A DNA stretch of 63,585 bases, the filler included, from Choristocarpus tenellus KU-1152 (taxonomy: Eukaryota; Protista; Phaeophyceae), in assembly GCA_964200185.2 (NCBI GenBank). It is 10 parts of 10 records of this genome, joined end to end, with 100 filler letters (N's around TTAATTAATTAA, not from the genome) between each part and the next. Parts side by side here need not be neighbours in the genome. Positions count along the whole stretch, not along the records: positions 1 to 12,374 come from CAXNAD020001856.1; 9 more parts are not named here. One strand, 5' to 3'. Each line of letters begins with the position of its first letter. The first letter of the stretch is position 1. The notes below the pieces were generated by a model. It was given only the letters and a program-made list of their open reading frames with translations, ran no database searches and was not told the DNA's origin. A program made the translations under genes and the position numbers. Of this stretch, positions 1 through 12,474 are shown piece by piece.

Positions 1-559
1 TCATAGTCCCGCGCCTTCCTCAATTTTGAGATTCCCCTGTTGAGTGAAGATATCATGTTGCACCCACTTGTCACGCAAGTTATCTTATTGTGAGTGCATG
101 CGCGGGGGTGGGGATGACACTCTGCAATGAGTGGAGGAGCAAGTCAAACAGGGGTTGCTTATCATCAACGATTGTGACGAAGAGGTGGAAAATTCTACCT
201 CTGACGGCAGCGTTAAAAAAAGTTTGTTTCTCCATCATCTCATAATTCCCACCCTCCATTTAAAAACGATCGTTCCAATGGACTTTTCCTGTGTTCACAG
301 AATGAGCAACGCGATATCTGAAGACGTGTTGATATGTTGAGAGGTGTAGACGTGTTATGTTTTTTTGGAGGTTGAATTTTTAACTTGAAACTGAGAGGAG
401 AGTTAGGGATTTTTTGATGTGAGGTTAGATGTTTGAACTATTAATATATACGCAAGAACCGCGCGCTTGGAGAAGGTGTGCATGATCGCGCTGTTAGTCA
501 CACCTCCATCCTACCTTCGTTACCAACATCAGCAATAGTTCAACAGGATCGTGTCCTAG

Positions 560-2269
560 ATGATACTGTTTTCGATATTATTGCTGGGTCTCATCCCGAC
601 CAATGGATTTTTTTTGTCGACATTGACGCCTTTGACAGCGAAGTGTCCAGTTCGCACCTCCATGTGTTTGCCCAGTAGTAACAAGGAAGTGTCGTCGAGA
701 GTGGGAGGTTTGGCTGCAGCACTTGCATTGACGGTGTCTATCGCTACAGCTTCTCCATCACTGGCCGCTGAGAGTCTACCTGAAGGTGGGATGACTCTCT
801 CTATTAGCGTGAGTGAGCAGCGATGCCACCAATGAACACACCTTAGCGTTGTATGATGACTCTCGATCTCATTCCTCCCCCTAGTCCTCGGGGGTACATG
901 GACTTACGCATGGCATTGGGAGATGGCAATCGAGTATTGTTATCACTGGTCTTGAGGTGTAAAGTAAGCAGGATAAGGTTGGTATATATATATTTACTCG
1001 GTTGGTCCGGACACATCTTTGTCAAGATCCCTCGTTTGTCCTTAACGCAAATCGATGTGTTCCCTAACTCTGCAGGAACAAACCCTTTCACCTCCATCTG
1101 TTTGGGCTTCGGATGTGGAGGGTTTCAAGGTTTGGTGAGTTGGTGTGTGGCAAGCGTTACGAAGGTTCGGTGTATTCTCCACAAATTAGATACACCTATA
1201 ATTGTAGGCAACCCTTTCCACCACCTGATCACTTTTGAGAACTCTGAAGTCTCTGGTGTAGATGTTCATGATGAGCAACACACTCGACCCAGAGCCTCGT
1301 AGACATTCACCACCAATCTTGACCAAAGACACTTGCAGCTAGGGAAAATGTTACCGCCACCTTTTACAAACCAACCCCTCCAGCCCCACCGCCTCCCTCG
1401 AATCCACCACTGCCTTGCATCACCGTTCACAACAAGGATTATAACGGAGCCCCAGCCCCAACAGACGAGGACTCAATCCCTCTCGCGGTCTTCCTTGCTG
1501 CCCTAGACAAGGGAACAGTGGTGAAGGTGGAGTTCACTTCTGGAGGTAACAAGGCGTACGCATTCCTAAAACCCACCTCGGGGAATGGGGAGCCTTCAAG
1601 GATAAGGGTCGGAGAGGGCTATCCGGAGGAGAAGGGGAACAACTGGAGCTCACCCCTATGGGTTGTTCGTGCCGTAAAGGAAAAGAATGTGAGGATCTCT
1701 TAACATCTTATTGCCCTCTATTCATCTCAACTCTAGATAATTGAAAATCCACAGGTACATGCTTGAGGGAATGTGATGAATGGTGCAAACTTTGAGGGTT
1801 CCTGGGTGTGCAAATTTACCTTGGGAGGTAATGCTATTTGCTTGTAGTGAAGATAAGAAGGTGTGAAGCCTCACACGACCCCCTTTGCTGAACATGATTA
1901 CATGGTTGAAATTAGAAGAGTGACCTTTGTGGGGTGTCTTCCCATTGCTTGTTTATTATTTATTTATGCTTCCTATCTAAGTCAACGGTTATATCAAAGT
2001 AGTTGAATGCGGAATAATTACCAATACATAATTCCATACATAATCCGNNNNNNNNNNACATGGACTCAATTCAACACAATAATCTCATTTACACAAAATA
2101 AGGTACACCTCACTATTGTCCTATTTTGCACACTGGGTACTGCTCGTACACTCATAAACTCCTTCCCTACCAATCTCTTGATTCTCCACACCTTTTTCCT
2201 TTTCAGGTGCCGTATACATTTGATTTTGATCTCGGAGGTCAGACACATGTCACTACTATAGCAAAGTGA
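560..2269 (+). CDS. Predicted plastid/thylakoid-lumen protein (199 aa) with FtsH lumenal-domain-like region; exons 560-785, 1076-1134, 1437-1688, 2207-2269
   Basis: Four phase-compatible GT-AG exons give a 600-nt ORF. Signal peptide ending TNG|FF (ASAFAP-like), then a Ser/Thr-rich transit peptide and a second hydrophobic signal ending SLA|A. Mature part IPLAVFLAALDKGTVVKVEFTSGGNKAYA...RIRV...VKEKNVPY resembles the FtsH lumenal domain. Confidence 0.75.
1807..2132. mobile_element. Solo LTR (copy 1) in intron 3, TGTGCAAA...TTTGCACA, 5-bp TSD CTGGG
   Basis: TG...CA termini with 8-bp inverted ends; CTGGG at 1802-1806 and 2133-2137; closely similar to 26175-26516; contains a 10-N gap. Confidence 0.9.
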
Positions 2270-3855
2270 TCCCTCTGAAGGCAGCATACTGGGGAGTCGA
2301 GGTTAACAAGAAACATTATGTAGTGCAGGAATTATGAAGAAGGGCCTAGAGTGTGAATGGTGCTACAGGAGCATTTCTTGAGCCACATCAACTGGAGTTC
2401 TGTCTGTGATTTAAGTTTTTTCTCTAGGTTCAGGACACGATGTCCACAATTATGACTTGAGGAATTGATGTCTTCATAAATGATCATAGATGCTTGTAAA
2501 TATTTATAGCCCCTGTTCAACCTTTATGCTGTTGTGCTCTCCTATGGAAGTTTGTCTCACTTTTCACAGTCACACTTCGTCTGAGTCTGACCACATGATA
2601 AGCATACTAGACTGAGGTCAGCTTCTGTTGATAAACACCTGTACAAAAGGACAAGGGAAGTTACTTCACCTAGTATGATATTTGTTTGCAAGTTGTGATA
2701 GGACTCATTTTTTTTTCAATAGAACAGAGTGATGAACTGCCTCTGGAAGGAACATCCAGCATTTATTTGTTTCCCCTTGCAATATGGACACGTAGGTCCG
2801 TCAAGAAAACAACCCAAAGCACTATTGATACTATCTTGGTCCCCATGTACCATGACGGACAGCATGTTCTGTGGTGAATATATATTAAACACTCAGTTGA
2901 TGCTTTGGGCAGTAAATTGCATACTACTGCGCATTGAAGCCTGGTATGACCCTGGTCTCCCTAACATATTCAAACCTCAACCCATTTCACGTCTATCCTG
3001 AACATGACCACAAATTTTGAATAGGGAGACAGTTATTAGTACAATTACATCTTCGTACAACAGTGGAGTAACTCACTAGAGATCATCTGGATTCAAATCA
3101 GCTGAACATTCACCAAAAGCACCAATTCTATGCAATTTACAAGGAGACCAATTATTTTCCAAGTGCTGCTCACTTGTATTCTTGTATAAATCATGAGGAG
3201 CAACATTGAATGCTGAATTCTGGCATTACATGTACTACAAGGTACAATTTACAATGTTTTAAGGTATTTAATTGTACAACATACTGTTGCACTGTTGTTC
3301 CATCTACACGTTTTTGGCCTACTGTCGGGTCTCAAGGCCTACCCTCTTCTCAGACTAAGGAAGAGTGACAAATCTCTAAACTGCTCTAGCAATTTCTACA
3401 TATGTCAAAGGTGACATCATGGTGTTGCTTCACAAAGCAGTACAGTGGTACATTGCAAAAAACATCAGGGAACAAGGAATTCCGTCTGCTGTATGCAACT
3501 TAAATATCAGTTGAGGCAAGTAACACACAGCATCACTAGCAGCAACACCATTCTACTACTATTGCACTCAAGAAAACAGCAGACTCAACACATAATGCTA
3601 GGGTTTGAACAGGATCCAATGCTTCCTGCTTCACCCTAGCTCTCACCATCCGCATTATGACCCACCTTCTGTCCTCAAGCATACCCCAGCCTTTGCCACC
3701 GTTTAGATGCTTTCCATGCCTGCCAGTACTGCACCAACCAAAGAGCATATTACCTCATATTCCTGCCCCAAACTGTTGCATATCTCAGTCTGGGATACCT
3801 TGTTTCAACCCACCCCAGCTGGCTCTGGCCTGATCAATCTCATCCTATACTCTAC

Positions 3856-6800
3856 CTATTTGCCAAGCTTGTATACTTCCTCCTCCTCATAGTAATCATT
3901 GAAGCCAACTGCTCGCTGAACCTCGTCAAACCCAACAATCAAGTCGTCCAGGGGCTGACCAGCCTTCAGTCTAGCCAGAGTAGCATTCATGGCCTTTATA
4001 CTTGCACTCAGGAGACTCAGAGGGTAGGCAGCGATGCTGTACCCCATAGCTTGCAGCTCTGCTGGCGGCAGTATAGGTGTCTTTCCGAACTGCATGTATA
4101 ATTGAAGTGAGAGGAACAGTTGTTGATGGCAATGGTGTTGATGCTTGCGGGCTGATAACAGACAGGGCTATGAAAGGAGAACTTCTTACACACAAGAATC
4201 AGCACCAAAATGTGCTATCTTCTCACAATACAGGTTTCAGGGTTTAGATCCTTACCTTGTTAAGTACTACCATACTCCAATAGTATATAAATCAACACAA
4301 GATGATATGAGTTGAAACAACGGAGACAAGTACAAAATTCATCAAGTGCTTCACACTTGTGGTGTATAAACATATGAAGCACTCTGAGTACATGACCCGC
4401 CCACTCCCCCATGCATTCACATCATCACCAACTGAAACATAACAGACAGCACATTGTCTGTATCCTCCCATATGCATACATATCACACTGATCACTGCTA
4501 CAACACAGTCAGCTGTTAGAACTTCTAGTAACCCCCTGGTCTCGCAAGAGACAGTTAAGAGATAGACAGGCTGATTACTTTCTTGGTAAGGTTTCGCCCA
4601 AGGCTTGCTAGCCACTAACCAGTTACTAACTTCAGCGGGGCAGTTACCAAAGAGTTGTGTATCCTGGCGGCATGCTGAGCCTGTTGACAGATGTGTAATC
4701 ATGCCAGGATCCAATCCCACAACAGTAGTCCTTGTTAGAACTCTTAGTAACTCCTGAGCTAAAGTAGTCGGCTCTTTTAGAGGGATAGCAACCCTCAGGC
4801 AAAACATCACCAAGTCTAACAGCTTGCGATCCCCAGGACTAGCCTTTGTTGGTATTGTTGTAAACCCCTGAGCTACCAGGGAGATAGCCACTCCAGTTCT
4901 AGCATCAACCACAACTAAAATGCCACAAAAACCTCAACAAAATTCAATCAATTGGTTAAAAAACAGGCTGAACAGCAAAATATCGTTACCATTCCCCTCC
5001 CTTCTCATAACCCTAGTTCCTCCAAATGAATTAACCCCCCTCTTGCCTCAAGCATATTGGCCAGCTTTGGCCCATCCACCTCATTGCAGAACCGGTGCAT
5101 CTCCTCAATGCTCTGTGGAGCTTCAAGAAATGTAATATCTGCACCTATTTTTCGGAAGTCCCTGCACCTCTCAAGCGCCTCTTCCATTCCCAATCCAGCC
5201 CGAGCGTCTGTACGTGCCATTATGAGGATGTCCGCACCTTCCTCTCTGATTAGGTCAGATGTGGAAAGGGGGTAGACATTGAGTTCCTGCCCTGGCTGCT
5301 CAACATTGACTATCCCCCGTAAGGAAGGGAGCATCAAAGAATTTTGATACAGTGAAAAGGTACCTGACCACAAACACACAACTTTGATAGTGTGGAAGTG
5401 CACTGATGAGGGACAGTACTGCGTAGGATCTTTCATCGCCACAGAGTGAGTCGGAAAAGACAGACAACATATCAGGCCATTCAATGGAGAGGAAGAACGA
5501 CTGACTGGTGCATCCAGAGGATCGGCTCCAGGTGCACAGGCTGACGCCAGACACCGCAATCCCTCCCATTCACCCTCCAGTTCCTGCTGTTCAATGGAAC
5601 CCAACACCAGCACTCCAGAGCAATTCTCAATACAATTTGCTCCATATATGTCCCTACCTTGGGAGGACAGTGGCCAGTGGGGATGCAGCATGGAAGCAAG
5701 GGCAGGAGGGTAACACAGCAAAACACTGCTACAGGAATACGATACCCAATGACTTTCCTCTCCCAGGTCTGTAAGTGCCAGGTACAACTTTGGCAACAGT
5801 GCAGCACACAAAGGTATGGGTATGCAGAATGGTGTTTGCAAGTGAGACACTAACCTGGAATCAACAGCTGCCTGGACACGACTGCAAGCTTCATCCCGTC
5901 CAACCACAGTCTTTCCCCTGGTGTGCCCACATCGTTTGGGGGAGACCTGATCCTCAATCATGATTCCTGCCATGCCAACCTTGGCAAATGTCGGGCACAA
6001 AGGATGTGCAATCGAATTGATCCATGGGATTGGGGTAGAAACTGTGGTGGCAAACTCAAGCAAGAAACGCTAACATTCCAAGCTTACTTTTGTGGTGTTG
6101 AAGACACAGAGATTGGGAATATCCGAAATAACGATGGCTTAAACCTACAACCTAAAGACTACTCGGTTCACCTGAGCGTATCCCTTGACTGTTCGCTTGA
6201 CGTTGATCGCATTACCATAACCTGTGTCTCCATCCCCAATACATGGAATATCGTTCAACGCGGAGCAGATATTACTAGCTGAAGCAAGCATCTCACCATA
6301 CGACAAGAGCTGCAAGACACAAGATTATGGGAAGGTACCAGGATTGCTTCAGATGTGAGGTTGGTTTCATGTCCACCTCCAGATATGTATGAAGTCAAGG
6401 GCTATGTTAAGGAGCAGACCTAGAGAGGCAGATCTAATCACAAGTAGAAAACGATATGCTAATTTCTCTTTCGATCCACTACCTGCGTGTCGGGCATACC
6501 ATGGGCACCGCTGACTCCGAAACCGGTCATGAAAGTAAGCGGAAATCCTGGATAAGTGGGAGAGGCATCGTTGGGCGTTCAGCAGGGCGAGGTGTAGATG
6601 GAAGGGACTGACGCCGCATAACACATAGAGATTACAGCTTTACGGAAATATGAAGGAAGCACCAGTGGGGACGCAACTGATGTCAAGACATTCCACCCTC
6701 CTGATTGTTTTGAGTTAGCAGTTACCGATATTTTACCTGTCCGTATCTGTGTAACAAAAATGTTTCCTTCTGAAACATCGCCGGTACGCACCCGCTGACT

Positions 6801-6981
6801 CCACAAGGCGAGCAGTTAAACCATCGTAGCAGCAAGGCATGATCAGGATGTCGTCCTTCTTCAGAAGCTCTTGCAGTTTCTGGGTGCTGGAGGGTGCTGA
6901 CATCCTAAGGTTTGCGAAACCTGACCCAGATCTGGGGCTCATAAGTACCCACACCCAGAACACCATCAATCGGAGATCCAT
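3856..6981 (-). CDS. Isocitrate lyase/PEP mutase superfamily enzyme (methylisocitrate/2,3-dimethylmalate lyase or CPEP-mutase-like); exons 6981-6792, 6547-6483, 6309-6172, 5979-5855, 5245-5047, 4089-3856
   Basis: Spliced product has MPCCYDGLTARL, FMTGFGVS..HGMPD, IGDGDTGYGN, IEDQVSPKRCGH, MARTDAR, GADITFLEAP and ANMLE-FGKTP. N-terminal signal ending GSG|FA suggests plastid import. Confidence 0.93.
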
Positions 6982-7225
6982 TCTGTGTTGACCTCAGACC
7001 TTGTCCTCGAGAGTAGCACTGACACCCTACGCTTTGCACTTCTCTCCTACAACGACTAGTCGACAATATCAGACCAGTAGGAACTTTCACTGCTTACTCT
7101 GTTCCTCTATCACACAGTCGTTGGGAGTATTTGATTGGTGTGGAATTTGTAGGTTTAGTTGTACATCTCTCATTTTCAAATCATTACCACGCCTGCCAAG
7201 GCTTCACCAGGAGAGGTGGGTTGAC

Positions 7226-10200
7226 ATGAAACCGCCAGAAAAGACCAATAGTTCCACCCACTCCTTCCAAACTGTGCTTTTATCCATGGTCACCTGTACT
7301 CCTACGGAGACAAATTTGCCTTCTTGGATTTCCCATGTCAGAGGGGAACTGGGTAATTCACCTGCATGGGAGGTATGTTGGAACACTTCGTTGCTGGTAT
7401 GACAAAGAAGATCGGTATAGTAGTAGTATCGAACTTGCGACTTGCATCATCCTGTACCACAAGTTTTAAATGCCCATCTCTCTCAACACGCAATGCCTCC
7501 AAGTGCTTTCTCCCTGCCCTCGCTTGCTTTGAAGAAGCTATTTACTTTGTTTTGTGCATATGGCAAAGAAGATCGGTATAGTAGTAGTATGGAACTTGCA
7601 ACTTGCATCATCCTGCACTACAAAGTTTTAGATGTCTATCTCTCTCAACACGCAATGTCTCCAAGTGCTTTCTTCCTGCCCTCCCTTGCTTTGAAGAAGC
7701 AATTTACCTTGTTGTATGCACCTTTTCATTTTCCGTCTCCCAATGGTGCTTGGATCTCTCCTACTACTCCCATAAATTCCCTGCTATGTCAAGAAGGTGC
7801 TATCCAATAACCTTTATCACCGCATCGAGATGATCTTAAAGTCTCATGGGCTGGGTCACTTCTCCGATCTCCAATCGGCGGAGCAGGTGGCGCTGCTGGA
7901 AGAGGCTCAACGGGAAATGATGTTAGCTGGGAGTGATGTAGGTTTTTTTGTAACTTCGTCAGTATATCCCGTTTATACAGTGCAGTTTTGCGAAGAACGA
8001 ATTTTGCCTGGTGTGTGTAATTGGCATCACTTTTGTAGTAGCATTTGTGTTCAACTTCTATTACAGCGCTAATATAAGATGTAAGTAGAAATCAAAGGAG
8101 GGTCTGATACGCATTCAACCTAATCACTACAAAATATTAGTAGACTAATTCAACATGTGGAGTCCACTTCACCAAATAGCTCACCAATACCCAGAAGTCA
8201 TACGCTGGTGTTAAGTCTCGTGATCAGTGAACTTTGTACAAGCGAAGATATATGGTAGGAGACACCACGCTACATATGGTGGGAGTTTATGTACATGTCA
8301 GATTAGATTACCTGTACCAAACAGCTCCATTGTTGTGAAGTTCAACAGTAATACGACCCAATGGTATCTGAATTTTATTCTTTGATGTAGACTATCAATG
8401 GTGTGTGTTCATCACAAGGTACAGCATCTATCCCATCCCAGGATATCACTGCATCTGTTCTTTGCTTTTGATCTGACTGACAAAACCTGAGACTTATTGG
8501 TTTATTGCAAGTTAATCACTCTGGGCCTTGATACCAAGCACTTGTTGACAAAAGGAAGATGGTATATTGTGCGTAATTATTACAACTGATAATTTAAGTG
8601 CTGATCTTTTGTTTTTTCTGGCACACCCTGCACCTTACAATGTATAGAGTTTCTGAAGATTGTATGATGACTGTAACAGAGTATTGCTATTAATAGAGAG
8701 AAAATCTAGGGTGGAATCCGAGAGGAACCCCGGGAATCACAACCCTGTTCAGTCCAGTGACCTGGTGGTTCAAATCGAATTTCAAACTGCAAAGTACTCC
8801 CACATCACCTAAAAATTCCAACTTCTGTTTAGTTTTTTTTCCCTCCCTCCGTGCAGTAATTGAAGTAAGCGAGAGGTATCCAGCGTTGCGTTTTAAGGAT
8901 CTCGGCAAATATGTCCAAATTTCGGCTTTTTTACAAATGTGTGTAAGACGATATTTTTCTATTGAAGTCGACATCTTTCAAACAATAGACAAATAAACCC
9001 TCTCAAGTCACACTTAGCACTTCATCCATAAAAATATGTGTAAATTGCAGAAGATTGAAAATCTGGGTACCTCTAGTTTGCCTAGGCTCCCACTTGAAGA
9101 GCAAACTACATCTCAGTATGTAGTATTTTCTATTTCTCCTTCTGCATTGATACCCTTTGGTCAGATTCAAGAACCCTAGAACTAAGTAGTCTTGTTGTTC
9201 ATTATGTAATCGTGGGCATAGCACAAGTATCATGATGGTGTGTGGGGATTGCTGGGATTGGCCTTGATGTCGAACTAGGTTCAATCCACCTGGGTCCCCT
9301 AACCCTAAGATTGGTGTAGCAAGTTTGGAAAATACACTTGCATGAAATACAATGTCCATTTGTTTGACCCAGCATATGAAGGCTCTATTGCACTCAATGG
9401 AAGTTTGAATGCCAGCCATTCTCATCGTGGATGCTAGTCTTTGATCATTAGGGTGGGTGTGTATCAAATTTTGCTTAGTCATGATTTGGCAGAAACCACA
9501 TCTGCAATTCACATCCTGTATATTACTTCTGACACACTGAATGGTCACATTAATTTGTTCATGGTGTATACAACCGATATGTGCAAGAAAGTCATCAACT
9601 TCTTTTCATGGATAGTTGACTTTTTCATTTTAGATCATTCAGACCTCATCTCAAACACCCCATGCTTGGTTTAAAGATGAACAAGTTCATGTCTTGTTTG
9701 GTGTGTGCCAGGTGTACAGGGCATTTGAGGTCCAATTCAGCAAGATAATGGACACGGAGATTGCAAAGGAAGCTAGGTGTGCTTGTTCATCCAATCAATG
9801 CTGATGGATTGTTAGATGAGATAATGAAGAAGGACAAACCTTTATGTTACAAAGCCAAGTATATTACTATGGCCATAATGACCGGTTTTGCCCCTCATCA
9901 TAAGATATATCATGTTTCTTGAAAGAACCAGGCCAATTGAGAGGTAGTCAGGGTCGCATTTGAAGGATCCCAAGAAAGGGCAAAAAAATCCACTTTGTGC
10001 AAATGCTGAAAGAGCTTTTTCTTTATGATGGGGTCACTTTGTGTATGGAAAGGAAGAATGTCAATTTCGGATACACTGTTGTGCACATAAAGCAATGAAA
10101 TAGGGTATTGCATAGGGTAAGAAAGATGGTTTAGAATGCAAAAGGGTTAAAACCTGCCTACCTCTCAATTGGTTTGACTCGAAACAGTTTTTGATTACCA

Positions 10201-12248
10201 CTAAGCAGTTCTACACAGAGCAGCTTATTAAAAAAAATTACAAAATCAATCGAAGCACATATTTGCACCAAAAACTAACCAACCGCCACTCTCCACAGGA
10301 GAATGATCCTGCATGAGGGAATTGGGCACAAAGCAGACGAGGCTGATGAAGCCCTCTACCTAGAACGCATTCTTGATATTGCTGCAGAGGGGGCAGTGTG
10401 CCTTCTTCAGGATCTACCACGTGAACACATGGGGAGTCTACGGTTGATGCTGAACCAACCCATTCCCATGAGGTCAAGGCTGGAGCTGTGGAAGCTGCTC
10501 CTGTCACATACTGTGGTCAGTACAGCTGGATTCCTTGGTCATCCAGCCCCAACCTGCTTTTCCATCTTGATCACCATAGCCTCAAGACCCTGTCAAAACC
10601 CTCCACTCCACTGCACCACATAGAGGCTACAATTATGCTTGATTTTGCTCCATCAGGCAGTGGTGGTAGAAGTAGTAATCAATTTGTGTGCATGCATGTG
10701 TTTTCAGTGTTGAACACCCTACCCAACAAGTTGCAAATGGTCTTCAATACGGTGGAGTCTTAGTCATAGTCGACCTCTGTGCTTGACACAGCATTTGTTC
10801 ACTTACCCTTCAACCGTGCCACCTCCCACTCTAAGGTGCGAGGTGAATACAACCTCTCGATGAAACAGAACCAGAACCTCACCATCTCTGGGCATGATGT
10901 GCAAATTACACACCGATGCCAGTCCTTACTTGAGTCAGGGAGAATTGCAGAGAGTAATATACTGCCCATTAGCAGTCGGAACGTCATCCTCATGAAGACA
11001 GTTCTAAGCTATCACCACGCCTGTAGGATGTCTCAACCGGGTTTGAAGCAAACAGATGAATATAAAAAAATCCCGGAATCCTACCTGCACTTCATGATCC
11101 CACTCTGCGCTGTCATGGAGACAGCTTCACCTACCGCTCAACCAAAATTGCAAGAAAAAAACATGGGAGAGAAGATAGCAGATCTTATAGAGATGTTTGA
11201 GGCAGCACTGGATGCCGGCCTTAAGAGTCTAGTTGATCAAAGTGAGATGCTCACTGATCGCAAGCACCAGAGGGTCGGAGGTCATGAAGGATTGGAGGGT
11301 CTAAGGTATGAAGATGATGAAGACAAGGAATTACCTTGGGTAGAGGTTGCATTTCAAGCTCTTTTGCCCAGTCTCCCCTCCCTCTTGAATCATATAGGGC
11401 AGGTTCATGCAGGTCTCACGAACAGTTGTATGGATGACAAAGATCATAGAATGGGTGATGGAGATAACACTGGGGAGGATGAGAAAGGGCAAGAGGATAT
11501 AGACAGCAGTCATGGACACAAGATTGAACAGAACGATCTTGGAAATGAGGAATATGGAGTTCAAGTGGAGGAGAGGCATGGAAAGGGTGACAGCAAACAA
11601 TCCAGTCAACCTATGTCACATGAATCCACTCAAGGAAACAACAAGGAGGATGGAACAGAAAATGACAGAAAGACTAGGGGGACAAGGTCTAGCCAATTCA
11701 ATGCTGGAGCTGCTAGAAGGGGTCTTAAGGCGCTCCTCTCACCCCTTGTGACTGTCTCCCTGGTAGGGTATCTCAGGAAAGATTCTCTCATGTTTGTCTG
11801 GGATCAGGCAGTGATGGGAGGTTTTGGAGCGATGGTACCTCGAGTGGCGGCTATGATAGTGGCATCAATAGGGAGTGAGCTCATGATGTGCTCATCCGAG
11901 GCCAGAATGGCCCTGACACTTCATACCCACTCCCCCACTGTCACAGTAAGAATAACGAAATTTGACAGTGCTTTTTAACAATCTGCACTAGTTTACCAAG
12001 TACTTACTCTCCTCACGTATCTGCAGTCAGAGCTGGTTTCTACCTCCCTAATTGACTCCTTTCTCAATCCTGGATAAACTAAGGTCTCACAGTTGCAAGA
12101 GCTGATGGAAAGGCATTGCCTGGTATCAGTAAGGCAAGAGTTGAAAGTAGGTGAGGGGTTGGCACCAGAAATCGTAGGGCCAGACCTCAAGACAGCTACA
12201 AACATTCTCGAACAGGCATACTCCTTCCACACAAGAGGATTCCAAAAG
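7226..12248 (+). CDS. Uncharacterised TBC/Rab-GAP-fold-like protein, 3' end cut by contig break; exons ~7226(or 7286)-7372, 7797-7937, 9712-9776, 10299-10515, 10836-11945, 12084-12248
   Basis: Six phase-compatible GT-AG exons including a 1.1-kb exon. PIPMRSRLELWKLLL and LMFVWDQ resemble the TBC 'GIP..LR..VW..LL' and 'LRIWD' motifs. Gene structure is better supported than the function. Confidence 0.65.
7403..7721. repeat. Intronic tandem duplication, 2 x ~161 bp
   Basis: CAAAGAAGATCGGTATAGTAGTAGTAT... begins at 7403 and 7564, with scattered substitutions between copies. Confidence 0.9.
8858..9089. mobile_element. MITE family C (diverged copy)
   Basis: TIR-like AAGTAAGCGAGAGGTATCCAG ... CTGGGTACCTCTAGTTTGCCT; similar to the 19111, 20489, 29502 and 35867 copies. 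Confidence 0.7.
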
Positions 12249-12304
12249 GTAAGATTGGAGTGCAATGGGGAAGCTTTCCCAACTGCTGCAATATATGAAA
12301 ATGG

Positions 12305-12374
12305 GACCCAGAGTGTCTGGGGGGGGGGGGGGGGGGGGGGTACACCAAGGGGCCCCCTTTGGCCAAAAAAAAGA
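12305..12374. mobile_element. MITE family A fragment at contig end
   Basis: GACCCAGAGTGTCT-polyG-TACACCAAGGG matches the family A left end. Confidence 0.65.
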
Positions 12375-12474
12375 NNNNNNNNNNNNNNNNNNNNNNNNNN
12401 NNNNNNNNNNNNNNNNNNTTAATTAATTAANNNNNNNNNNNNNNNNNNNNNNNNNNNNNNNNNNNNNNNNNNNN
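12375..12474. other. Artificial contig linker N44-TTAATTAATTAA-N44 (also 17101-17200, 24569-24668, 31622-31721, 35142-35241, 39861-39960, 47133-47232, 49792-49891, 59722-59821)
   Basis: Nine identical 100-bp spacers whose 12-mer carries stop codons in all six frames. Confidence 0.99.

Noticed and set aside
4292-4912. 206-aa minus-strand ORF
   Set aside because: It lies inside the last lyase intron, has a non-ATG start and shows no recognisable motif.
5005-6063. 352-aa ORF as a single protein
   Set aside because: It is two lyase exons bridged by a stop-free 609-nt intron (5854-5246) whose translation is not family-like.
9003-9640. Copia integrase relic or 181-aa ORF in an intron
   Set aside because: Only a vague His/Cys spacing, with no convincing DDE motifs.
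12375-12474. Recurrent TTAATTAATTAA palindrome as a biological motif
   Set aside because: It is always centred in identical 44-N pads, so it is an artificial six-frame-stop linker.
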